DNA of 64,000 bases from an uncultured Methanomicrobiales archaeon (GCA_963697895.1 OY969100.1:1440001-1504000), one strand, 5' to 3'; shown: positions 11,183 to 26,869, counted from the first letter of the stretch. The notes: a model not told the origin generated them from the letters alone. Program-made: numbers and translations.

Positions 11183-11638
11183 TCAGAAGTTAGAGGCCGG
11201 TTCGTTTGATATTAGCTGAACGTCGGCGATGTTATGTTGCCTTTGCGAGAGTTTTTTTGCCTTGAAAATATTTTTTCCTTCTTTTCCAATGGCAATCCCG
11301 CGATCCTCATCCCTGACTTCGATATGTGCGACCTGGCCGTCTTCCTGTTCTTCAAAGGCGATACTGGTCACCTGCGCAGGGAGGAAACAATTCCTGATGA
11401 ATTGTTCCGGATTGGTGGAATATTCCACCACCTCGATCTTCTTCCCCATCACATCGGATGCTTTCTTTATGCTCGCACCATTCTTTCCGATGGCAAGGCC
11501 CATTTCCCCAGGGTTAATGACAAAAATAAGGCGGTTATTCCTGTCATCGATGATGCAGTCCCTGCTTCCTGCGCCAGTCAGCCGTTCAAATTGAGATATA
11601 AGGCGCATGCAATCTTCTGTCAATGTTACTTCGACCAT
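11183..11638 (-). CDS. nusA: Archaeal NusA-like transcription factor
   Basis: Two KH motifs AIGKNG and AIGKEGKNI; follows rpl30e. Confidence 0.95.
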   Translation of the reverse strand: MVEVTLTEDCMRLISQFERLTGAGSRDCIIDDRNNRLIFVINPGEMGLAIGKNGASIKKASDVMGKKIEVVEYSTNPEQFIRNCFLPAQVTSIAFEEQEDGQVAHIEVRDEDRGIAIGKEGKNIFKAKKLSQRQHNIADVQLISNEPASNF

Positions 11639-11639
11639 A

Positions 11640-11930
11640 TCATGCCCTCTTCAGGCTGAGAATATCCGATTCTCCGGGATTCACAATAGAGAGCGCACTT
11701 ACCATAAATGGCTTCCCGCAGGCTTTGCCCAATGCAACACTGGATCCATCGAAGGTATAAATGAAGATATTTTTCTCCCCGGAGATCTGCTGTTTGTAGT
11801 CCTCCGGGCAGTTCGATGCGATGACTACCAGTTGGGCCTTGCCTTCCTCGATAGATTGCCTGGTCGAATTCTGTCCGAGAAACACCATTCCTGTCTTCAT
11901 GGCTCTTCTTAAAGATGCATTAAAATCCAT
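11640..11930 (-). CDS. rpl30e: 50S ribosomal protein L30e
   Basis: LGKACGKPFMVSALSIVNPGESDIL. Confidence 0.96.
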   Translation of the reverse strand: MDFNASLRRAMKTGMVFLGQNSTRQSIEEGKAQLVVIASNCPEDYKQQISGEKNIFIYTFDGSSVALGKACGKPFMVSALSIVNPGESDILSLKRA

Positions 11931-11935
11931 TACAA

Positions 11936-15748
<3,813 letters not shown>

Positions 15749-15758
15749 CGGGCACTTC

Positions 15759-17573
15759 CTACACTACATCTTCCAGTTTCAGGCGAGGGGCGATTCCCAT
15801 TGATTTCATCTCATCGAGGAGCAGTTTAAATGCATAGCTCATCTCGACCGGATAAATGTCGGTCTCACTTCCACAAGCGAGACATCGGGTGGTATTTTGT
15901 TTCCGATCGAGCATTGCAACCATTCCGCAATGCGCACATACATACTCCTGCACCTTGTCAGACTCATCGAGCAGCCGTTCCTTAAGCGCCATGGCGGCAC
16001 CATGGCCGATCATCACGTCTCGCTCCATCTCACCGAACCGGAGGCCTCCTTCGCGGGCACGCCCCTCTGTCGGTTGTCGTGTCAGGACCTGCACCGGTCC
16101 CCGGGATCGGGCATGCATCTTCGAGGAGACCATATGATACAATTTCTGGTAATAGATGACCCCGACATACACATCAGCCTTAAATTGCTTTCCGGTGATC
16201 CCGTCATACATCACTTCACGACCGGTATGCGAGAAGCCGAGTTTCTTAAGCGAGGATCTCAGGTCTTCCTCGATCTCTCCCCCGAATGCAGTACCATTGA
16301 TACGACGACCCTCGAGCGACCCTACCTTACCTCCGATCATCTCAAGCATGTGACCGACCGTCATACGGCTTGGGATTGCATGGGGATTTATGACAAGGTC
16401 TGGTGCCACCCCTTCTTCGGTAAAAGGCATATCCTCCTGGGGGGCGATCAGGCCAATGACCCCTTTCTGGCCATGACGTGAAGCAAATTTATCACCCACC
16501 TCCGGTATCCGGAGATCCCTGGTCCTTACCTTCACCAGTCTCGAGCTGTTTTCTCCCTCGGTGATGATCACGGTATCAACGATGCCATGCTCGTTGCTCC
16601 GCATGGTCACCGATGTGTCACGCCTCTTTTCCACGGTGATCAGGTCACTGGTGGGTTCTTCGAGAAATCGCGGCGGGGAGGTCTTCCCGATCAGAACATC
16701 TTTCTCATTGACCACAGTCTCCGGGTTGATAACCCCGTCATCATCCAGGTTTTTATAGGATTCGGCGCCATGCGCACCCGTAACCTCTTCATCCGGCACT
16801 TCGATGCGGTCAAGCTGTCCACCGGGGTACCTTCGTTCCTCACCTTCATATGTCCTGAAAAAGTGCGAGCGTCCAAGCCCCCGTTCTATGGATGCCTTGT
16901 TAAAGATGAGCGCATCTTCAATATTATAACCTTCATAACTGAGAATGGCAACAACGAAGTTCTGGCCTGCGGGCCGATCATCTGAACCGATCAACTCAGA
17001 AGTCTGGGTATGCACGAGCGGTCGCTGCACATAATGGAGCAGGTGTCCCCGGGTATCGGGCCTGAGCTTCATGTTTGCTGCTGCGAATCCGAGGGCCTGC
17101 TTGACCATGCCGGCACCCATCGTTACCCGGGGACTTGCATTGTGTTCGGGGAACGGAACGTGTGCCGCCCCGATTCCAAGGATCAGTGACGGATCGATCT
17201 CCAGATGCGTGTGTTCCGGGGTAATAACATCCGGATTGATCGCAATGAACAGATCTTCTTCTTCTTCCGCATCGACCAGTTCAATAAACCCCTTCTGGAT
17301 GAGGTGATCAAAATTGATCTCCTTTCTTTTCAGCCGGTCGATCTCCTCGTTGCTGATAAGGGGTTTGCCCTGCTGGAGCACGATAAGTGGACGACGTGCG
17401 CGGCCCCTGTCCGTATGAATAACCACATCGTTGTTAAACTCCTTGTATGAGACATTAACCTCTGTAGAAAGCGCTCCCTGCCTGCGCATTCCCCGTATCT
17501 GAGTTACCAGTGTCCGGGGATCATCAACGAGACCGATCAATGCACCATCTACGAAAACCCTCGCCTTCATCAC
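15759..17573 (-). CDS. rpoB1: DNA-directed RNA polymerase subunit B'
   Basis: [24 protein letters not shown]-terminal zinc ribbon. Confidence 0.98.
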   Translation of the reverse strand: MMKARVFVDGALIGLVDDPRTLVTQIRGMRRQGALSTEVNVSYKEFNNDVVIHTDRGRARRPLIVLQQGKPLISNEEIDRLKRKEINFDHLIQKGFIELVDAEEEEDLFIAINPDVITPEHTHLEIDPSLILGIGAAHVPFPEHNASPRVTMGAGMVKQALGFAAANMKLRPDTRGHLLHYVQRPLVHTQTSELIGSDDRPAGQNFVVAILSYEGYNIEDALIFNKASIERGLGRSHFFRTYEGEERRYPGGQLDRIEVPDEEVTGAHGAESYKNLDDDGVINPETVVNEKDVLIGKTSPPRFLEEPTSDLITVEKRRDTSVTMRSNEHGIVDTVIITEGENSSRLVKVRTRDLRIPEVGDKFASRHGQKGVIGLIAPQEDMPFTEEGVAPDLVINPHAIPSRMTVGHMLEMIGGKVGSLEGRRINGTAFGGEIEEDLRSSLKKLGFSHTGREVMYDGITGKQFKADVYVGVIYYQKLYHMVSSKMHARSRGPVQVLTRQPTEGRAREGGLRFGEMERDVMIGHGAAMALKERLLDESDKVQEYVCAHCGMVAMLDRKQNTTRCLACGSETDIYPVEMSYAFKLLLDEMKSMGIAPRLKLEDVV

Positions 17574-19129
17574 TGCAAACCACTCCTTATCTGTTCGACG
17601 TTCAGACTGTAGAGGAGCCGGGTCACTTCTTCCTCGTCTGAAACCCCCTTGCTGATCTCGACCATCTGTGCGAAATTTTTAACCAGACCGCAGTTTGGAC
17701 CCTCCGGTGTCTCGCTTGGACATATCCGGCCCCATTGTGTTGGATGCAGGTCTCTGGCTTCGAAATGCGGTTGTGAGCGTGAAAGCGGGGAGATAACCCG
17801 GCGGAGATGGGAAAGGACACTCATGTGGTCGACCCTGTCGAGCAGCTGGGATACGCCCGTCCTCCCTCCAACCCAGTTTCCTGTTGCAAGAGGATGCAGG
17901 AGGCGTTCTGTTAAAACATCCGCACGCACCGCAGTGCCGATGGAAAGGTCGCGGTGACGCATGCTCGCCCGTTCGAGCTGATACTTGATATCCCGCGTGA
18001 GGCGGTTAAGGGAGATTCGGAAGAGATCCTCCATGAGATCCCCCGCGAGCTTCAACCTCTTGTTCGAGTAATGGTCCTTATCGTCGATCCGGCGCTTGTT
18101 CAGCACGAGATCGAAGCATGCTTCAGCCATGCGCCCGAGGAAATGTCCCTTCGCCAGTCGGACACCTTCAACCGCCTCCCGATATCCTTCATCCTCTTCC
18201 TTTAACTGGGGTGGCATCAGGTAATTCAGATGGGGCAGGAGGTAATTATCGAGGACGAACTCGGCCCGCTTCCGCTGGTAATCGCGGGTCTGGTTAGGCG
18301 CAAGTTTCTTTCCGACATACATGATTCCTGAATCCACGCTGTCACATTCGCTCTCCTCCAGGTTCTGCATCATGAAGGTAAGAATGTCCTCGTCTGTTGA
18401 GACCGCGTTCACCACATCATGGTCACTGACCATTCCGAGTGCCCGTATCAGGTCGACAAATTTAAGGTGGCCTGCAACCGAGGGAAATGATACCTCAAGA
18501 AGATTTTTCCGGTTTCGCTCGACCACCACCAGTGCGCGATATCCACGGTACTGAGAAAAGACCTTGGCCACATAGATCCGTTCATTGTATCGTTCCGTAA
18601 ACTCGGTCATGATCTTGTTCGATGCGAGGTCTTCAAGTGTCATCAGTACGCGCTCGGTACCGTTAACGATGAAATATCCCCCGGGATCATACGGATCCTC
18701 CCCGTGCGTCACCCTCTCTCCGTCGCTCATCCCCGCAAGGTTGCAGGATGCCGAACCGACCATGATCGGAAGCTGGCCGATCGTGGTCATCACCGGTTCC
18801 TGCCGGTCGCCACCCTGGACGAGTGTCAGCTCCAGCTGGATAGGAGCCGCATAGGTAAGGTTCCGAAGGCGTGCTTCACTGGGAAAAAGCTCTCCCTGAG
18901 AACCGTCTGCTTCCCTCACCAGAGGTTTTTTTACTTCCGCTTTACCCAGTTCTACCCAGACCGGCTCGTTACTTTTCCCGCGGATTTCAATATCAGTCTC
19001 GATAATCCTTTGCTCGTTAACCACTTTCTGCAGGTTATGGAGAAGGAAATTATTGAAGGAGTCAAGTTGATGCCGCGCCACATGCTCCCGAGAAAAATAT
19101 GCCCTAGACAATACACTTCTGTCAATCAG
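17570..19129 (-). CDS. rpoB2: DNA-directed RNA polymerase subunit B'' (start TTG 19111 or, more likely, CTG 19129)
   Basis: [27 protein letters not shown]. Confidence 0.97.
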   Translation of the reverse strand: MIDRSVLSRAYFSREHVARHQLDSFNNFLLHNLQKVVNEQRIIETDIEIRGKSNEPVWVELGKAEVKKPLVREADGSQGELFPSEARLRNLTYAAPIQLELTLVQGGDRQEPVMTTIGQLPIMVGSASCNLAGMSDGERVTHGEDPYDPGGYFIVNGTERVLMTLEDLASNKIMTEFTERYNERIYVAKVFSQYRGYRALVVVERNRKNLLEVSFPSVAGHLKFVDLIRALGMVSDHDVVNAVSTDEDILTFMMQNLEESECDSVDSGIMYVGKKLAPNQTRDYQRKRAEFVLDNYLLPHLNYLMPPQLKEEDEGYREAVEGVRLAKGHFLGRMAEACFDLVLNKRRIDDKDHYSNKRLKLAGDLMEDLFRISLNRLTRDIKYQLERASMRHRDLSIGTAVRADVLTERLLHPLATGNWVGGRTGVSQLLDRVDHMSVLSHLRRVISPLSRSQPHFEARDLHPTQWGRICPSETPEGPNCGLVKNFAQMVEISKGVSDEEEVTRLLYSLNVEQIRSGLQ

Positions 19130-19145
19130 AAATATCAGCCCCGAA

Positions 19146-19397
19146 TTATTTCTTTGGTCTTTTTATCACGAGTCGATACGATTCGGCTCTGCCTGCCGTA
19201 TGGCTGCTGCGTATGGTCCGGATGACATCTCCGAACTTCGACCCAATCTCTTTCACCGCAGGATCGTCATGATAGATTTTAGGCAGCTGCTCTGTAGTTA
19301 TCTTGTAGGTGGAGAGTAGTTGTGCGACCTCCTCCTCGCTCATGATTTTATGATCCGGAACCATTGCATGCTCAAGCACACGCAGTTTGGTGCTCAA
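19146..19397 (-). CDS. rpoH: DNA-directed RNA polymerase subunit H
   Basis: [24 protein letters not shown]...YRLV. Confidence 0.97.
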   Translation of the reverse strand: MSTKLRVLEHAMVPDHKIMSEEEVAQLLSTYKITTEQLPKIYHDDPAVKEIGSKFGDVIRTIRSSHTAGRAESYRLVIKRPKK

Positions 19398-19474
19398 TAA
19401 AAATCCCCCTTTTCTCGCATTTTTCTTTATTCAGATGCATCACCGCTGAAAAGCCCACGCCACACCAGTGGCAG

Positions 19475-19548
19475 CGGGCCCGAGGGGATTTGAACCCCCG
19501 ACCACCTGGTTAAAAGCCAGGCGCTCTACCTAACTGAGCTACGGACCC
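19475..19548 (-). tRNA. tRNA-Lys(TTT)
   Basis: Reverse complement GGGTCCG...CCTGG-CT-TTT-AA-CCAGG...GTTCAAATCC...CGGGCCCG. Confidence 0.96.
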
Positions 19549-19814
19549 ACAAGTAGATGTATCGCAGCATTATTACAATGCAAGAAAACTATATAAAGAT
19601 TCTTAAATAACATAATTACTTCAGATCTCTTGTTCTCCATAATTCCTCAATTTCCCATATTGTCATCCACATCCTAGAGCAGGCATCATTCATTTGATAG
19701 CGGCGGGTAATCCTGATATGAACCTGGACACATCTTTTCACGATTTTGGCTATATTCGAAGAAGGAGTAACGCGGGTAAATTTTTAACCACAAAGACTAA
19801 ATAAATGTTGTGCT

Positions 19815-20963
19815 ATGGTCGAGACTACCCGCTGGTTGAACATGAATGCCAGCGCCCTGGAACCAAATGAAAAGTTCGCTCTCGGTGCCATGCGTCATAT
19901 GAATAAAATCGAACGGAAAAAACTCTTTTCCTCTGAAATTGAACAGATGCGGACGGCGGAAGGACGCTGGTACGAAGCAATTATTTACGAGATGTTCCTT
20001 GACATTTCAGAAAATTCCGATCGTATCGGGAGGATCGCGGCGAAAGGGGCAGATGCACCCAGAGGAAGGCGTAACATAAGGCTCGGCCAGAACGGGATCT
20101 ATTATTCACGGTGCGGGGATATTACGATACGGGGGAATGGTCAGGATCTCGCCGAGTTCGACCTTCTCATGACCGATCTCGATGATAATGTGATATTTGG
20201 CGAGGTAGTCACTTCACCATCCGATATGAAAGAATTCGAGAAGGAGATCGAATATAAAAAAAAGTTGATCGGCTATCTTTTCGAACAAAAAAAGGTTAAT
20301 TTTCTCCTGATATCCTCATTCGATATCACCAATTACTCGGTCGGACGCCGCCTCCTTAAGTCAGATGAAAATATTTATATCCACACAATATCCTGCGAGG
20401 AGATTAAGGGGTTGATTCAAGGGAAAAAGCTATGTGATCCGAGCGAAAGGCCAGTTGCACGCCCTTCGATGATCCTCGCATCAGACATCCCCTCAAAGCG
20501 ACCTTTCGATTATCAAAAATATCATGATTGGGAGAGGAACCGGGTATTCAACCATGTTGCCAATCAGGTAGATGTCAGGACCCAGCCACCGGAGAACGGT
20601 ACATCCCAGCTGGTAAAAAAGATCCTCTACGGAGGTTTGTACCCATCTGCAGTCCGATCATTGTGCCAGGAGCATGAGATACGGATCCGGGGGGAGACCC
20701 TCGATTTCCATGATGTCATGTATCATTTTTCCAAAGTTATACTCGCAACAGATCTACCCGGGTTCGAACCCATCGTCTACCTCCGTTCGAAGCAGAAGAA
20801 ACAGTATCTTAAAATGGTTCAGGACAAATCCGGGAATTTCAAATTCGAGCGGTATACTCCCTCTAAAGTCGGATTCTTCCTCTGGCTCGAATCCCTGAAC
20901 CCTTCTCTCGGCTCCCGGATAACGAGCCGTATACTCGAGGCGTTCTCACCGCAGAATTCTTAA
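19815..20963 (+). CDS. Hypothetical protein with a PD-(D/E)xK restriction-endonuclease-like N-terminal region
   Basis: Long ORF; GRWYEAIIYEMF...AEFDLL...IFGEVVTS spacing resembles nuclease motifs I-III. Confidence 0.6.
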   Translation: MVETTRWLNMNASALEPNEKFALGAMRHMNKIERKKLFSSEIEQMRTAEGRWYEAIIYEMFLDISENSDRIGRIAAKGADAPRGRRNIRLGQNGIYYSRCGDITIRGNGQDLAEFDLLMTDLDDNVIFGEVVTSPSDMKEFEKEIEYKKKLIGYLFEQKKVNFLLISSFDITNYSVGRRLLKSDENIYIHTISCEEIKGLIQGKKLCDPSERPVARPSMILASDIPSKRPFDYQKYHDWERNRVFNHVANQVDVRTQPPENGTSQLVKKILYGGLYPSAVRSLCQEHEIRIRGETLDFHDVMYHFSKVILATDLPGFEPIVYLRSKQKKQYLKMVQDKSGNFKFERYTPSKVGFFLWLESLNPSLGSRITSRILEAFSPQNS

Positions 20964-20995
20964 AAAATGAATGAGTCTTCTGGTATTTCTATTTT

Positions 20996-22585
20996 TTAGT
21001 CCAGAAGGATACTGATCGCTTCATCGCGGTATGCATCCATAACATACGGAATACCCGAGATCTTCGCTGCGTCTTCGGTCAACGCCATGACATCTCTCCG
21101 GGATACCGTCTTCATGCTGAAGTTCCGGCTCCCTGCCATAATCTGCTGTAGACCGATCTTAAACTTCTGTGTATAGGTATAGATTCCGATCGCCCCCATC
21201 GGTATATCCTTGAACCGGTTGCCATATTTTTCCTTGAGTTCTTCATAGGTCACGAAGATCTCTTCCGGCTTGGATCCATACTTGGAGACGGTCTTTGGAA
21301 GGTCACCTTCTTTGATCCATTTCTCAATATTCTTCCCGACCATTCCGGGGATCATCAGACCTCGACCCATACATACTGCTTTTACATATGGATCTCCCAT
21401 CGCAATTGATTTGAAGACGTTTGGTTCATCTGAAAACCCTCCGGCCATAGCAATATCCGGTACACGGATGCCCCGCTTGTTTAGCCGTTCGCAGAACTCG
21501 TGCATCAATGCCTGTATATAGAAGGTCGGAATCCCCCATTCATTCATCATCGGCCACGGGCTCATTCCAGTGCCTCCTGAGGCACCATCGATGGTAAGCA
21601 GGTCGATCTTCGCTTCCGCACCATAGCGAATGGCCATTGCAAGTTCGATTGCCGAATATGCTCCTGTTTTCAGGGTGACACGCTTGAACCCGATATCCCG
21701 GAGACGATCGACTTCTTCGAGGAATCCTTCTTTTGTGACGAATCCAAGGCGTGAATGTCTTTCGAACTCAGTTATAGCGCCTTCCTTGAATGCCTTCTGC
21801 ATATCAGGCCGGGTCGGATCCGGGAGCACTATATAACCCCTCTTTTTCAGTTCCATGGCTCTTTCTATGGAATTTACTTTTATCTCACCCCCGATGGATT
21901 TTGCGCCCTGTCCCCACTTGAGCTCGATCGTATCAAGGTTATGTTTGGCAGATACGTACTCAGCCGTACCGAGTCGCGTGTCCTCGACATTCATCTGTAC
22001 AAGCATCTCGCCGTACCCCTCGTGGAATTTCCTGTAGATCTCCATCCTTCTGTCCATTTCCGGGGATTTTTTAATTTTACCGGTGCTGTCGAGCTCGAGT
22101 CCTGGATCGATCCCGCAGACATTTTCTCCACATACGATTGTGATCCCCGAGATCGCTGCCCCGATCGCAAAATGTTCCCAGTTATTACGGGCAATATCTG
22201 TTGACCCGAGCGCCCCCGTGAAGATCGGGAGACGCATTTTTACTTTTTTTTCCCATCCGTATTCGGTCTCGGTATCCACGGAGTAGAAGACGGCTGCGTC
22301 GGGCCCGATCTCCACTCCGGGGGGTAATCCCCGGGCACCAACCGCATATCCCTGGATATTGATATGAGAATAGTCGACCGGATAGTTTTTGTCGGCTCCT
22401 GCGGTCATCTCCCCGAATGGTCCCGGATAAAGCACCTCTCTCCCTCTGAAAGTGGATAACCAGGTCTCACAACTCCCACGACATCCATCGATGCATCGTG
22501 TGCAGATACCCGATACATGTGAAACATTGCGTGAACGGTTTGCGGTTAATGTTGCCTCATTGGCATTTGGCTGTCGAAGATTCAT
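20996..22585 (-). CDS. Stand-alone FMN-binding glutamate synthase family protein
   Basis: ELKWGQGAKSIGGE, TIDGASGGTG, AMAGG, N-terminal CxxCxxxCxxxC; start MNLRQPNANEAT. Confidence 0.9.
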   Translation of the reverse strand: MNLRQPNANEATLTANRSRNVSHVSGICTRCIDGCRGSCETWLSTFRGREVLYPGPFGEMTAGADKNYPVDYSHINIQGYAVGARGLPPGVEIGPDAAVFYSVDTETEYGWEKKVKMRLPIFTGALGSTDIARNNWEHFAIGAAISGITIVCGENVCGIDPGLELDSTGKIKKSPEMDRRMEIYRKFHEGYGEMLVQMNVEDTRLGTAEYVSAKHNLDTIELKWGQGAKSIGGEIKVNSIERAMELKKRGYIVLPDPTRPDMQKAFKEGAITEFERHSRLGFVTKEGFLEEVDRLRDIGFKRVTLKTGAYSAIELAMAIRYGAEAKIDLLTIDGASGGTGMSPWPMMNEWGIPTFYIQALMHEFCERLNKRGIRVPDIAMAGGFSDEPNVFKSIAMGDPYVKAVCMGRGLMIPGMVGKNIEKWIKEGDLPKTVSKYGSKPEEIFVTYEELKEKYGNRFKDIPMGAIGIYTYTQKFKIGLQQIMAGSRNFSMKTVSRRDVMALTEDAAKISGIPYVMDAYRDEAISILLD

Positions 22586-22780
22586 CTGTCTCCCCTGTCT
22601 TTTTCTTACGAACGAATACTGAATAATACAGGATATTTTGTTACATTGAGTGCATATAAAATCATTCTTGGTGAAACAAATCCTATCTGTTGATTTCATT
22701 ACTCACGGGAGGAGGTCCTCCTGGTGTTGTAATGCATTTTCTCCCATCACATTCTTCCTTCAGGATAAACGAAGATACGA

Positions 22781-23896
22781 TCATAAAAAAACCAACTCAT
22801 AATCGCTGCATCCCAGTCCGATCTCCTCCGCGTAGCGAATTTGACGGTACCCTTCGGTCTGCTCCCGGATCCCACTGAATTTGTCTTCCCCTGGTTTGAA
22901 GTGGGTATGCAGGAGAGAATTAATGAATCCGGCCTCCTTGTTCACCAGATCAAAGCTGGCGGCATCAATAGACACCGGGTCACGTGAGGCAAGGATGCCG
23001 ATATCCGGAACCACGGGAGCATCGCTCCAGGGGAGACAGTCGCAATCAGGGGTGATTTTGGTCAGAAAATTCATATAACCCACCTTTCCGGATTTGTTCA
23101 AAACAGCCCCGTACGCATACTCTACCATTCTTTCGACGAATAGTGGGATCTCAGTGCTCCAGTCGACCTCGATTGCATGGGCTGGACAGATAGTCATGCA
23201 GGAGAAACACCCGATACAGAGTTCACGATCGATCGACGATCTGCCCTTATCGATGGTAATCGCTGATCTCGGACAGACCTGGATGCACATCTCGCAACCG
23301 GTGCATCTGCCTTCTACCGGAAGTGGTCGTGCCGAATGCTGGTCCTGCTTTCCCTGTGGAGGTGCACAACCCATGGCAAGATTTTTTATTGCACCCCCAA
23401 ACCCCGCAACTTCATGTCCCTTTACATGAGAAAGCACAATCATGCTCCCTGCATTGTGGATATCCCCGGAGATTTTTACTTTTTTGAAGTGTTTCCTGTT
23501 GATTTCAACCTCTTCCATATGCTTTCCGGAAAGTCCATCGGCAATTATCACCGGTGCACCGACCACCGCATAGCAAAATCCGTGTTCTATTGCGGTGATA
23601 ATGTGATCGACCCCATTTGATCTGCTTCCCCGGTATAGCGTGTTCGAGTCGGTGATAAATGGTTTCCCGCCTGATTCTCTGCTCCGATCCACCACCTGCC
23701 GGACAAATACCGGGTTGATATAGGAATCATTTCCCCATTCACCGAAGTGCAGCTTTATCGCGGTCAATACTCCCCCGGAACAGAGGGAGGAGAATCCGGC
23801 TGCATCAAAAAGCCTCCGGACTTTGTTGATGGTGTTGTCAGCCGGATCCCTGCATCTTAATCCCGCAAAATAAACTTTTTCTCCCATATCTATCAC
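22781..23896 (-). CDS. DUF362 protein with 2x[4Fe-4S] ferredoxin domain
   Basis: AIKLHFGE, HVKGHEVAGFGGAIKNLAMG, two CxxCxxCxxxCP motifs, PDCDC. Confidence 0.9.
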   Translation of the reverse strand: MIDMGEKVYFAGLRCRDPADNTINKVRRLFDAAGFSSLCSGGVLTAIKLHFGEWGNDSYINPVFVRQVVDRSRESGGKPFITDSNTLYRGSRSNGVDHIITAIEHGFCYAVVGAPVIIADGLSGKHMEEVEINRKHFKKVKISGDIHNAGSMIVLSHVKGHEVAGFGGAIKNLAMGCAPPQGKQDQHSARPLPVEGRCTGCEMCIQVCPRSAITIDKGRSSIDRELCIGCFSCMTICPAHAIEVDWSTEIPLFVERMVEYAYGAVLNKSGKVGYMNFLTKITPDCDCLPWSDAPVVPDIGILASRDPVSIDAASFDLVNKEAGFINSLLHTHFKPGEDKFSGIREQTEGYRQIRYAEEIGLGCSDYELVFL

Positions 23897-24228
23897 CGCT
23901 CAGCTGGTCGATCCCGCCGTCCATTTTGATGATTGGATCCTCCCCATAATAAGATTCGCTTTGCTGATTGAGATTGACCTGTAATTGTCGTAGTATCATG
24001 GTACAGTCCATAAGATGAGTTCCAGTGAGGACAGAGACGAAAAAATGGGTGTACGTGAACTAACCCTGTTCGCTGCAGCTCGGTCCAGGCCTGTTACATA
24101 TTCGTCGAGCGTTTTCTCGTGTGCAGATCAGATTTGATCTGTATTTTACCCCGCTTCATAGAGCGGTTCCGGCGGTTAACCTGCATCTTTTTGCGATGGG
24201 ATGGCTTAGTGAAGTATGGTCGTCCGGT

Positions 24229-25648
24229 ATGGAGTTACGGAAGGAGTTGTCCCTGTTCGATGTGGTCAATATTGTTATCGGGTCTATCATCGGGGCTGAT
24301 ATCTATATCGCCTCAGCGCTCACTGCAGGGCTGGTCGGACCCCTTGCGATAGTTATCTGGATCATCGCCGGGATACTCGCTGCCATTATTGCCCTCGTCT
24401 TTGCATACTGCAGCTGATTATGTTCCAAGGGTCGGAGGTCCGTTTGCCTATGTATCCGCGGCTTTTGACGACTTTTTCGGGTTTCTCACCGGATGGAGTA
24501 TGTGGATTGCTGAAATCCTCTCGCTCCCCGTTTTTGCCATCGCATTTGTTCAATATCTCCAGTATCTTGTCCCTATGGGTTATTATGTGCAAACCACGGT
24601 AAAAGCGCTCTTCATTATCGCTCTCACCCTGGTGAACATCCTCGGGGTGAAGGCGGCGGGAAGGGTGAATGATGCGCTTACCCTGGTAAAACTCCTTCCG
24701 TTGGTGATGTTGATCGTTGCAGGATTCATATTTATCTTCGTTCATCCGGGGGTTCTGGCAGAGAATTATGTTCCCCTTGCTCCACTGGGTTTCGGTGGTT
24801 TCGGAACGGCGCTCGTGCTCGTTTTCTGGGCGTATGTGGGATTTGAGCTCGGAACGCTCCCTGCCTCGGAGATGAAGGACCCGCAACATATGATACCAAA
24901 GGCGATCGCCATCGGAATGGCAACGGTAACTCTATTCTATCTATTAACCAATTTTGTTGTATATGGAACGGTAAACTGGACTCTTCTCGCCGCGAACAAC
25001 ACTCCACCGCTTATTCTGGTCGGAGCGGCGATAATGGGTTCGTTCGGGGCTTTGATCATGATGATCGGGGCGCTCTTCTCCGTATCCGGTTCGGATGAAT
25101 CGGGAACGCTCGGTACTGCACGATTGAGCTATGCCATGTCGATCGACGGACTCTTCCCGCGATCTTTCTCCATCATACATCCTAAATATGGCACCCCTGC
25201 CGTAGCGCTCATCGTTCAGGGTATCATCGCGTTTATCCTCTCGGTTTATTCGGATCTTCCTCATCTCATATCTTTTGCCGTTTTCAACCTTGCATTCTCA
25301 TTTCTTTTAACCTGCTGCGCATTAATTGTCCTCAAGGACTCCTCGCAACGGAACCTGCCCGGACAAAATATTCTCCCCTGGCTGGGGATCCTTATCTGCC
25401 TCTATCTGCTTTTCGCAACTTCCTGGTTCGATAAAATAGTGGGGGGCATGATTATTCTGATAGGGATTCCGATATACGTTTTTTTCTCCCCAAAGACGGA
25501 TATACGTCATCTGAAGGAGTTATTCCTCTCGGAAGAGGCAATATTCATACGGCAGATGGAACGAAAGAACCGTTATCTTGCAAACTTCATCCAGATCCTG
25601 CACAGAGCTTATAAAGGACTTCATCATCTGGTGTTGGAGGGATCGTAA
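24229..25648 (+). CDS. APC-family amino acid permease, split by a 1-nt insertion near 24414 (about 472 aa corrected)
   Basis: GSIIGADIY TM1, P-x-x-GGPFAYV, FWAYVGFE, multiple TM helices. Confidence 0.9.
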
Positions 25649-25805
25649 CATTTCTCTAATCTGCCCGATCAATTCGTCGAATCATTCACCTGAGGCCGAT
25701 ATTACAAAAATGTCTGCCGGAGGATTTTAAAACCTTAAGCTCATGCCACCAGTAACCACCACAGAGCGGTTAAATAGATTTGTCGCTTTCTTTTAAACGA
25801 GATAC

Positions 25806-26135
25806 ATGGATGCGTACGACCGAAAGCTGCCGGAATTTTCTGACGGATCCGGCAGGGATCGGGCGAGGGTGATCACCCCGCTGAAAACCCTCTGCAACTG
25901 CCCGCAATGCCCGACCCATACCGAATGCGCTAAAAAAGCGATGGAAACTTTGTTCTGCGTCACGGGAAGGAGCTTTATATGTATGTCGGAAGATCGGGGC
26001 TGCCTCTGCCCGGTATGTCCGGTCGCCTCCCAGCTCGGACTCACCCGGGACTTCTTTTGTCTTCGGGGTTCCGAGGCCGAACAGAGATATCTCCGTCTTC
26101 AGAAAAATCAAGATATAAAACAGGATCCCGGATAA
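25806..26135 (+). CDS. Cys-rich DUF2769-like protein
   Basis: CNCPQCPT...LFC...GCLCPVCPV...FFC pattern. Confidence 0.75.
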   Translation: MDAYDRKLPEFSDGSGRDRARVITPLKTLCNCPQCPTHTECAKKAMETLFCVTGRSFICMSEDRGCLCPVCPVASQLGLTRDFFCLRGSEAEQRYLRLQKNQDIKQDPG

Positions 26136-26797
26136 TCGTTTTTTGAACACGTTCCGGTTCGTTTCAACGCCCGCTCATGCGCCAGACGGAGTGGTTCGGG
26201 AGTCCGGTATTTCGGTGCGGCGCTGAGGACGACTTCAACGGCCTGTTCGATGTCGGTTTTATGGCCGACCGATACATAGAGGGGTTTCACCAATTCCCGT
26301 GTACGCACAGCCTTCCCGATTCTCTCACCATCTGCGATGACGGGGGTTGTTGACCCCCGTTCCTCCTGCGGATCCATCGAACTACCTGTTAGGAGACTTT
26401 TTGAGACCCCGATGGTGGGAACATTGAGGATAACCCCTATCTGACTCGCCATGCCAAACCGGCGGGGATGGGCGAGACCGTGTCCATTGACAAGGGTAAT
26501 ATCCGGCAACTGTTCAAGTCGCCGAAATGCCTTTACGATAGCCGGCCCCTCCCGGAATGCAAGGAGGCCAGGAATGTACGGATAGAAAACCCTCGCGTCG
26601 GCACAGGCTGTCCCTGTTACCCTGAGTCCCGGGTACGACAGGGTTATGACTGCCGCATATGCCCTGTCCGCAATAACTGCGGCATCCGCTCCGGCGATCG
26701 AATGAATATCCTCAGTTTCGATCACTCTCCGGTTTATACTTCGTTCGCGAAGGAGGATCTGAGCTGATATGGCCTTTTCTACGGCGATCCTCCCCAT
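26108..26797 (-). CDS. nfi: Endonuclease V (deoxyinosine 3' endonuclease)
   Basis: PYIPGLLAFRE, NGHGLAHPRRFGMASQIG, GVSKS, YVSVGH, PEPLRLAH. Confidence 0.93.
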   Translation of the reverse strand: MGRIAVEKAISAQILLRERSINRRVIETEDIHSIAGADAAVIADRAYAAVITLSYPGLRVTGTACADARVFYPYIPGLLAFREGPAIVKAFRRLEQLPDITLVNGHGLAHPRRFGMASQIGVILNVPTIGVSKSLLTGSSMDPQEERGSTTPVIADGERIGKAVRTRELVKPLYVSVGHKTDIEQAVEVVLSAAPKYRTPEPLRLAHERALKRTGTCSKNDYPGSCFIS

Positions 26798-26869
26798 AAC
26801 TCATCCGTTCCGAAAATACTCGTGCGAATAAAATAAGCCGGGCCTTTGGAATCTTATCTCTGAGAACAT

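Noticed and set aside
24015-24137. 40-codon ORF upstream of the permease (…GVRELTLFAA…) resembling the permease N-terminus
   Set aside because: Similarity is only about six residues; no other support for a leader peptide or gene remnant.
24405-24425. In-frame TGA after Cys-Ser in the permease as selenocysteine or readthrough
   Set aside because: Homology continues in a different frame (YVPRVGGPFAY), so readthrough would not restore the protein; one extra base explains it.
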